From a virus (taxonomy: Duplodnaviria; Caudoviricetes): 64,000 bases of DNA. Below are positions 57,466 through 64,000 of this stretch, in pieces. The number at the start of each line of letters is the position of its first letter. Within the stretch, counting starts at the first letter, position 1. Location: positions 96,001 through 160,000 of IMG/VR virus record IMGVR_UViG_3300035208_002098. The stretch is one strand, 5' to 3'. The notes under the pieces are model-generated. The model did not search any database and was not told the origin of the DNA. It saw nothing but the letters and a program-made list of their open reading frames with translations. The translations under genes and the position numbers were made by a program.

Positions 57466-58182
57466 TTATTTACGTCTATAATATGTTGTTAAAACATCAT
57501 CTGTGGCACCAAAATCAATTACAACGACTGTTGGTTCGCCATTTCTTAATACTTCACCATAAGTAGATATTTTGGCAAAATCACCCGGTACTGGGTAATT
57601 AAAATCATTAACAAAATCAGATAAACTCCTAGGCCACCCATCTTCATTGTTAATATAATAATCAAACCTTTCTTGTGTTAATAAATAAAATATTGGTTTT
57701 AAACTTCTACTCATACGTAAAAAATCGGTTAATTCTTTAAACCACATACCAGATAATTGTTCAAATCTTTTAGGTGATATTTTTTTAGCTAATTCCATTT
57801 CAACCCACATGTAATCATCATCAACATCAAATACTTTAGCGATAACATCATAATTTTGTTTATAACCCTGAGCTTCAGCTTCATTTTGTGCTATACCTTT
57901 ATTATTTAACGCTACTTTAAGTACTTTTTCATCATCTATTTTAAATACAGCTCTTGATGAACCAGACCCAAGTTTACCTAGCAATTTATCTTTAGCATAT
58001 TTAATTTTACTAGAATATGATGTTAAATTCTTAAATTCTTCAGGGTTAAATTCTGATGGGTACGCCATTTCATCAATCAATTCTTCATCAATTTTCAAAT
58101 GATAACCTTCATTTAATAACCCATTCCTTAATAACCCTTTATCATTTTTATTCAACACTTTGTAATTTAAATACCATATCAA
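57466..58182 (-). CDS. protein-kinase-like fold protein
   Basis: LGSGSSRAVF..VLKVA..QNEAE..VIDFG. Confidence 0.65.
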   Translation of the reverse strand: MIWYLNYKVLNKNDKGLLRNGLLNEGYHLKIDEELIDEMAYPSEFNPEEFKNLTSYSSKIKYAKDKLLGKLGSGSSRAVFKIDDEKVLKVALNNKGIAQNEAEAQGYKQNYDVIAKVFDVDDDYMWVEMELAKKISPKRFEQLSGMWFKELTDFLRMSRSLKPIFYLLTQERFDYYINNEDGWPRSLSDFVNDFNYPVPGDFAKISTYGEVLRNGEPTVVVIDFGATDDVLTTYYRRK

Positions 58183-58555
58183 TTACATGTAATAGTTTAT
58201 TCTTTTCTATTGGTTTTAATATATACGCTATGGCACCAGCCGAATATACTTTATCTTTGAATTCGGTATTACCAGTACACATAATAACATCAATGTTGGA
58301 ATTTATTTCTTTTAATTTAACTAACGTTTCAAAACCATTCATATTTGGCATATTAACATCTAAAATAATTAAATCTATCTTATTAGTTATGAATTTTGTA
58401 ATACCATCACAACCACTTTTAGCTGAAATTAAATTACTTTTAGACCCTTCTAAATAAAGTTTTAATAATGTATGAACATTATCATCATCATCAATTAGTA
58501 ATATATTTTTTTTATTAAAATTTTTTATCATTTTCTTCAGTATTAAATTCGACAT
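58148..58555 (-). CDS. response regulator receiver domain
   Basis: LLIDDD, LDVNMPNMNG, YILKP. Confidence 0.85.
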   Translation of the reverse strand: MSNLILKKMIKNFNKKNILLIDDDDNVHTLLKLYLEGSKSNLISAKSGCDGITKFITNKIDLIILDVNMPNMNGFETLVKLKEINSNIDVIMCTGNTEFKDKVYSAGAIAYILKPIEKNKLLHVIDMVFKLQSVE

Positions 58556-59138
58556 CTCTTACCTCAATAATTGATGGGTTATATATTATAATATGTTTAC
58601 AATTTTTAAAACCTTCAAATCTTTCAAAATCCTTCTTATCCACCAAAACACCATCAATACCTAACGTTACCATATCTCTAATATATGATATACCGTTTGA
58701 ATACCCGTAAAAATCAACCCAAACTTGTAGAAAGACATCTTTTTCATTATCATTATATTCAATAAATGATTTAATCGCCATATCTAAACCAATGTTAGGG
58801 TTCATATGCCAATTTTGTGCAGTTAATTCCCACCCATCTATCATCTTAATAAGTTTTTTTAATACAGATGATATATTATATGTTAATTTATTGATTGGAG
58901 CTTCAGTTAGTAATTTTCTTGGGGATAATTTTAAGGTATATATATTATTACCATATTGTCTGGCATCATTATATATATTTGTTGTGTAGATGCCCGGACC
59001 TTCAGCATCATTAGATTTTTCACCACTAACAAATTCATCACTAAATTTAGCAATTTTTGTTGGTGAACCATGATAAACCAAAAAACCTTGATTTTCAATA
59101 TATTCTTTTAAATATTTTCTTAGTAAACCATTAATCAT
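58515..59138 (-). CDS. ADP-ribosyltransferase-like protein
   Basis: VYHGS...GPGIYTT...ARQYG. Confidence 0.55.
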   Translation of the reverse strand: MINGLLRKYLKEYIENQGFLVYHGSPTKIAKFSDEFVSGEKSNDAEGPGIYTTNIYNDARQYGNNIYTLKLSPRKLLTEAPINKLTYNISSVLKKLIKMIDGWELTAQNWHMNPNIGLDMAIKSFIEYNDNEKDVFLQVWVDFYGYSNGISYIRDMVTLGIDGVLVDKKDFERFEGFKNCKHIIIYNPSIIEVRDVEFNTEENDKKF

Positions 59139-59208
59139 TATAAATAACTATTTACTATAAATATATTTAAAAATCAAAAAAAAAGCCCTAAAATTTAGGG
59201 CTTTATAT

Positions 59209-59715
59209 TTATTTTAATATAATTTTACCAATTCGCTTAACTTTTTCTTCTAAGTCAGATAATGTACCATTATTATCTATTATAATATCAGCACATGATA
59301 TATCTATATTAAACGAATCCGGACTTTCTGGTGGTAATCTTTTTGAAGAATCAACCCATATTATCAAATCAAATAAATTTTGTTTAATACATTCATTAAT
59401 TTCATCACGGTCTCGCATACCAACATAACAATCAGAATTTTCAAGAATACTTTTAGCTAATCTAGCTCTATCGTATTTATTATATTCACAAATCATATTA
59501 TACCATTCAGCTCTATGATTCATTCTATCTTCAAAACATTCTTCAGGTGTTTTATAGCCATATTTACCTTTAAGTTCATCATAAATAAAAATATTTGATG
59601 CTTCTAATGATGATGATTTAAATTTTAAACTGTAATGTTTTTCTAGTAACTCAGCAAACGTGTCTTTTCCCCATCTCTTATGGGAAATAATTAATAATTT
59701 AGGTGATTTTTTCAT
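59209..59715 (-). CDS. dNMP-kinase-like P-loop protein
   Basis: HKRWGKDT, GMRDRDE, IIDNNGT. Confidence 0.7.
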   Translation of the reverse strand: MKKSPKLLIISHKRWGKDTFAELLEKHYSLKFKSSSLEASNIFIYDELKGKYGYKTPEECFEDRMNHRAEWYNMICEYNKYDRARLAKSILENSDCYVGMRDRDEINECIKQNLFDLIIWVDSSKRLPPESPDSFNIDISCADIIIDNNGTLSDLEEKVKRIGKIILK

Positions 59716-59716
59716 T

Positions 59717-60514
59717 TTATTTATATTTAAATTTATTATTTCTACATTTATTATTTATAGATTTTGTACAAGCATACTGAATAGCACCACCTGTAACACC
59801 TATATAGTTAGCAGCTTCCTTAGCTGATTTAAATTCCGTTATAAAATTCCAATTATCATCATACATTAAAACTTGTTTACTTCTAATACCAACACAATTT
59901 TTAGTGAATGACCCACTATTAGGTTTATATGTTATTTTAAAACGTTCAGATATCTTATTATTTATTTCAATTTTATCTAATTTAGAAATATCATCATAAT
60001 AAAACCAAGCAAACCCAAAACTTGTTTTACGTTTACCTAAAGCACAATTTGGTATTGTACTTCTATGTAATTTAAAAAATTTTGTTGCATCATCAGCACA
60101 TTCAAAGTCATGTACTAAATTATATTCTTTATCGTAACCAATAACTCGTTTACATTTATGACCTTTTTTAAAACTGGTTTGATTTCCAAATGTAGCACCA
60201 TCACCACCATTTGTATAATTAATAAGGTTAAAACCCCATGTTTTCATTTGACTAATCCAATATGTTTCCCAAAATTGCCAATCATTTATCAATACTATAT
60301 CAACTATACTTATTATAGGTTTTAAACCTTTTTTTCTTAACGATTCAATCCAATTTTTTTTATGTATTTGATGTTTCCTAGCTCTATTTAGATGAGCCTT
60401 ATATCGTTCATCAATTCTATTTGCCTTACCAACATATCTAATCTCATTTGTTATTGGGTCAGTTAATGTGTAAATATTTGTTGTTTTCATATTATTCTTT
60501 ATTATAAATATCAC
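59717..60514 (-). CDS. GIY-YIG homing endonuclease (NUMOD1-like)
   Basis: NIYTL..RYVGK; paralog of 7171-7932. Confidence 0.88.
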   Translation of the reverse strand: MIFIIKNNMKTTNIYTLTDPITNEIRYVGKANRIDERYKAHLNRARKHQIHKKNWIESLRKKGLKPIISIVDIVLINDWQFWETYWISQMKTWGFNLINYTNGGDGATFGNQTSFKKGHKCKRVIGYDKEYNLVHDFECADDATKFFKLHRSTIPNCALGKRKTSFGFAWFYYDDISKLDKIEINNKISERFKITYKPNSGSFTKNCVGIRSKQVLMYDDNWNFITEFKSAKEAANYIGVTGGAIQYACTKSINNKCRNNKFKYK

Positions 60515-60641
60515 AAGTATTTAAAAAATTACAACCCCATGTCTACCGTGCCCTAATAATAAAATTCTTTTTTTCATAATATTTATATTTTTACAAAGAT
60601 ATATCAAGAAACTTTAGATTTCAAGTTAATATTTATATAAT

Positions 60642-61685
60642 ATGAAAAAAGACATTAAAAACCTATTAAATGAAGGTATAATTAACCTTTATGAAACCAA
60701 ACTTACCAAATCAGTTGGTGAAGGTCCTAATACCCTAGTAAAATTATTTAGAGAATATAATAAATTAACGTTAGATTTAATCGAGGATACATTATATATT
60801 GAAGAATTCTACAATCTATTAAAGGAAGATGATTTTGACCCATTTAGTCATTTACAAGGTACTGGTAAAATAGATGATGAAAATGATTGTGTTTTAAGTA
60901 TATCAAAACCTAATGATAAATTAGGTCAAATAAATGCTGCATCATTAGCATTACCGGCTGGTTATACATGCCCTTTTGCTGATAAATGTAAATCATTAGT
61001 TAATAGAAGTGGTGAAAAATTTAAACATGGAACTAATATTAAAGATTTTGGTGATACTAGGTGTTTTGCAGCTAGTGGTGAAAGTAGATTACCAAATGTA
61101 AGAAATAGTCGTTGGAGGAATTTTGATTTATTAAAAGACACCTATACCGACAAAGGTATTAATGGTATGACAGATTTATTAGTTAAATCAATTAGATATT
61201 ATGAATCAAATGAAGGTAAACTAAGATTATTTCGAATTCATGATTCTGGTGACTTTTATTCTCAAGAATATTTTGATGCTTGGATTTCTGCAGCTAAAGC
61301 AATGCCAGATATATTATTTTATGCTTACACAAAATCATTACCTTTTTGGGGTGATAGAAAAAATGAAATTCCTAGAAATTTAAGGTTAATCGCATCTGAA
61401 GGTGGTAAAGCAGATGAAATGATTAGTAAAGAAGGTTTTAGGAAAGCTGTGATAGTTAAAGATACTGGTGAGGCTATAAAACGTAAATTAAATATTGATG
61501 TTAACGATTTCTTAGCAGCATTTGGTGAAAATGATTTTGCTTTATTATTACATGGTATCCAATCTAAATCAGGTGGTAATAATTCACAAGCTATTAAAAA
61601 TAGTAAAATAATAAAATTTGTGGCTAGTAAATTTAATACTACACCACAAGAAATTGATAGATTATTATCTTATTATACTAACTAA
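60642..61685 (+). CDS. Gp88-like protein
   Basis: LPAGYTCP, FRIHDSGDFYS, FYAYTKS. Confidence 0.7.
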   Translation: MKKDIKNLLNEGIINLYETKLTKSVGEGPNTLVKLFREYNKLTLDLIEDTLYIEEFYNLLKEDDFDPFSHLQGTGKIDDENDCVLSISKPNDKLGQINAASLALPAGYTCPFADKCKSLVNRSGEKFKHGTNIKDFGDTRCFAASGESRLPNVRNSRWRNFDLLKDTYTDKGINGMTDLLVKSIRYYESNEGKLRLFRIHDSGDFYSQEYFDAWISAAKAMPDILFYAYTKSLPFWGDRKNEIPRNLRLIASEGGKADEMISKEGFRKAVIVKDTGEAIKRKLNIDVNDFLAAFGENDFALLLHGIQSKSGGNNSQAIKNSKIIKFVASKFNTTPQEIDRLLSYYTN

Positions 61686-62140
61686 TGAAAAACTCAATTA
61701 AAATATTATTACGAGAAGGTTTAATGCGAGAAGACATTGAAACTTTAATAGTTGATGACATAGATGATGATGATACATATAATAGTTTGATAAAACAATC
61801 TAAAGAATTATTAAAATCTGGTGAAATAAGCTTTGGGCAAGCAGATTTATTTGGTGCGTTAGTTGATGGTTCTATATTAATTGGTGCTACTTGGGCCGAT
61901 GTTTCAGGTACATTTAGTTTCCATATTCAAATTAAACCAGAATACCGAAACAAAGGGTATAGTAAATTGTTATTAGACGATTTATTTACTAAATATAAAC
62001 AAATGTTATCGTATCGTGGTGAAGATTTTAAAATGAGAGTTAATGTTGTTAATGATAATCTAGCTAAATCACTATCTAAACATTATGGACTTAAAGTAAT
62101 TGAAGATAATGGTTCTCATGGTGTTATAATGGGTAATTAA
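61685..62140 (+). CDS. GNAT acetyltransferase-like protein
   Basis: IKPEYRNKGYSKLL. Confidence 0.7.
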   Translation: MKNSIKILLREGLMREDIETLIVDDIDDDDTYNSLIKQSKELLKSGEISFGQADLFGALVDGSILIGATWADVSGTFSFHIQIKPEYRNKGYSKLLLDDLFTKYKQMLSYRGEDFKMRVNVVNDNLAKSLSKHYGLKVIEDNGSHGVIMGN

Positions 62141-62141
62141 T

Positions 62142-62576
62142 ATGAGAAAGATTATAAAACAGTTATTACGTGAAGGTTATGAAGATATTGGTATTGAATA
62201 TACTAAGACTAAAACACCTAAATTAGATTCATACCCAAATAATTTAGAAAAAGTTGAATTTGGTAATTTTATCATGATAAACGTACCGTATGATGAAAAG
62301 ACAATAAAATTATATGATTTATTAGGTTCTGTTAAAGTATTTGATAAATATGATGGTACTGAAGTTGGTAATTCATCATATACCGTAGTACATGGATTAC
62401 TTAAAGCTAGTGTTGATGTTAGACCAGATATGCGTAGAAATGGTATTGCCAGTGCTATGTATAAATTTATTGAACAACTTAATAAACAAACTATATACCC
62501 CGATTATCCACATACTGATAAAGCTGAAAAATTTTGGAGACAACCTAATAGAAATTTCGGCCCAAAAGAAATATAG
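62142..62576 (+). CDS. GNAT acetyltransferase-like protein
   Basis: VRPDMRRNGIASAMY...AEKFW. Confidence 0.7.
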   Translation: MRKIIKQLLREGYEDIGIEYTKTKTPKLDSYPNNLEKVEFGNFIMINVPYDEKTIKLYDLLGSVKVFDKYDGTEVGNSSYTVVHGLLKASVDVRPDMRRNGIASAMYKFIEQLNKQTIYPDYPHTDKAEKFWRQPNRNFGPKEI

Positions 62577-62642
62577 TGTCCGGCCAACTGGATTCGAAAA
62601 TGGGTTTTTAATATTTTAAGATATTTACATATAAATAATATC

Positions 62643-63329
62643 ATGAAACCATTATATACTGAAGAAGAATTTAATAATAGTAAATCTATGGATTTATTAC
62701 CATTAGAGTGTTATACTTGCGGTAATACTTTTTATAAATATAAAAAGAAAATAACTTTTGTATATAAACATAATATTGGTGAAAATAGATTTTGTTCACA
62801 TAAATGTCATAATGATTTTAGAGTTAAAACTAATAATATTATATTAAACTGTACTAATTGTAATAAAGAATTTAGTAAAATAATTTCCGTAGTTAATAAA
62901 TCTAATACAGGTAATCATTTCTATTCTAAATCTTGTTCAGCTTCTTATAATAATAAACATAAAACTACTGGTAATAGACGCTCTAAACTTGAAATATACT
63001 TAGAGCAACAACTTGCTTTATTATACCCTAATTTAACTATTATTTATAATGATAAATTTATAATAGGTTCTGAATTAGATATCTATATACCATCCTTAAA
63101 CCTAGCATTTGAACTTAATGGTATCTTTCATTATGAACCAATATTTGGTATTGATAAGTTAGGGCAGATACAAAACAATGATATAAGTAAATCAAAAGCT
63201 TGTATAGATAATAAGATTGATTTATGTATAATAGATACATCTAATCAAACTTATGTAAAGGAAAGTACATCTAAGAAGTATCTTGATATAATAATCAAGA
63301 TACTAGATGGGCGTTTGTTAATTTCTTAG
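62643..63329 (+). CDS. Zn-finger + PD-(D/E)xK/Vsr-like putative homing endonuclease
   Basis: Paralog of 5237-5965. Confidence 0.8.
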   Translation: MKPLYTEEEFNNSKSMDLLPLECYTCGNTFYKYKKKITFVYKHNIGENRFCSHKCHNDFRVKTNNIILNCTNCNKEFSKIISVVNKSNTGNHFYSKSCSASYNNKHKTTGNRRSKLEIYLEQQLALLYPNLTIIYNDKFIIGSELDIYIPSLNLAFELNGIFHYEPIFGIDKLGQIQNNDISKSKACIDNKIDLCIIDTSNQTYVKESTSKKYLDIIIKILDGRLLIS

Positions 63330-63387
63330 TCACCAATAAATTTGTGTGCAGTAACCACTACGTGCAAGTGAATTAACTTTGGTTACC

Positions 63388-63470
63388 TCCGGCTAGTAGG
63401 ATTCGAACCTACGGGTTCCTAAGAACGTGGGATATGAGCCCAGTGCGATTGTCCACTCTGCCATAGCCGG
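63388..63470 (-). tRNA. tRNA-Met(CAT), long variable arm
   Basis: CCGGCTA/TAGCCGG, TGGG-CTCATAT-CCCA, V-arm GTTC..GAAC. Confidence 0.78.
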
Positions 63471-63477
63471 TGATATT

Positions 63478-63999
63478 TTAGTGTAATAATTGAATATTAC
63501 CTCTTAGTATATCTTTTAATTTAGCTCTTTTATTAGTAATATGGTCGATAACTAAATCATCTTTAACTCTATATGTTCTTCTTTTGTCAGAACGAGCACC
63601 ATTACCAATTTGTTGTTTTCTAAATTCTATTTCTTCGTCATTTATCTTATTAAAATAAATATCTCTAATTCTTTTTTCTATTTCTTCCCAAGCTAATTCT
63701 TCATTTCTATGTCTTTCTCGATTATTACCAATTCTAACCATGATACCTGTAGGTATATGAGTTAATACAACACAAGTTTCAACCTTATTTCTATGTTGAC
63801 CACCTTTACCACTACTACGAGTGTATTTGCGATTAACCTCATCACGGTTTAATTTAAAATTATATTCTTCTTCTGGAATTAAAGCAACGGTTATACAACT
63901 AGTTTGAATCCTACCCCTCTTTTCAGTTGGTGGTATTCTTTGCCATCTATGTGACCCGATTTCTTCTTGGAAATACTTTTCTACATCTTTACCGCTAAA
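63478..63999 (-). CDS. class I peptide chain release factor (RF1-like), 5' end outside window
   Basis: HRWQRIPPTEKRGRIQTS, RSSGKGGQHRNKVET, RSDKRRTY. Confidence 0.88.
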   Translation of the reverse strand, partial: FSGKDVEKYFQEEIGSHRWQRIPPTEKRGRIQTSCITVALIPEEEYNFKLNRDEVNRKYTRSSGKGGQHRNKVETCVVLTHIPTGIMVRIGNNRERHRNEELAWEEIEKRIRDIYFNKINDEEIEFRKQQIGNGARSDKRRTYRVKDDLVIDHITNKRAKLKDILRGNIQLLH

Positions 64000-64000
64000 G

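Noticed and set aside
1-64000. CRISPR array or rRNA
   Set aside because: No regularly spaced direct repeats or rRNA-like sequence; the recurring GGTTCGAA motifs are tRNA T-loops.

Overview
Very AT-rich segment of a large (jumbo) phage genome, probably infecting Bacteroidota: TAnnTTTG promoters, AGTTCATTGACATATTGG boxA-like sites and no Shine-Dalgarno. Nearly all genes are on the minus strand. The window holds about 50 tRNA or tRNA-like genes, an RNase P RNA, Y-RNA-like and other structured ncRNAs, many HNH/GIY-YIG homing endonucleases, and a tRNA repair/maturation kit (two RNA ligases, Pnk-like kinase, phosphatases, Tpt1, CCA-adding enzyme, RlmN-like enzyme, RF1-like factor). Main finding: three tRNA operons each start with the same ~80-bp promoter repeat, a 28-35 aa leader ORF absent from the ORF track, and an intrinsic terminator with a complementary antiterminator inside the leader. 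Each leader's sensor run uses almost only the amino acids of that operon's tRNAs (K/T/Y/Q/G/P/E; L/A/D/C/V/F; R/N/I/H/S/W). Together they partition the 19 non-Met amino acids. This reads as ribosome-mediated attenuation that turns on phage tRNA sets when the matching tRNAs are depleted. All structures were read by eye; no searches or folding programs were run, and RNA boundaries may be off by a few nt.
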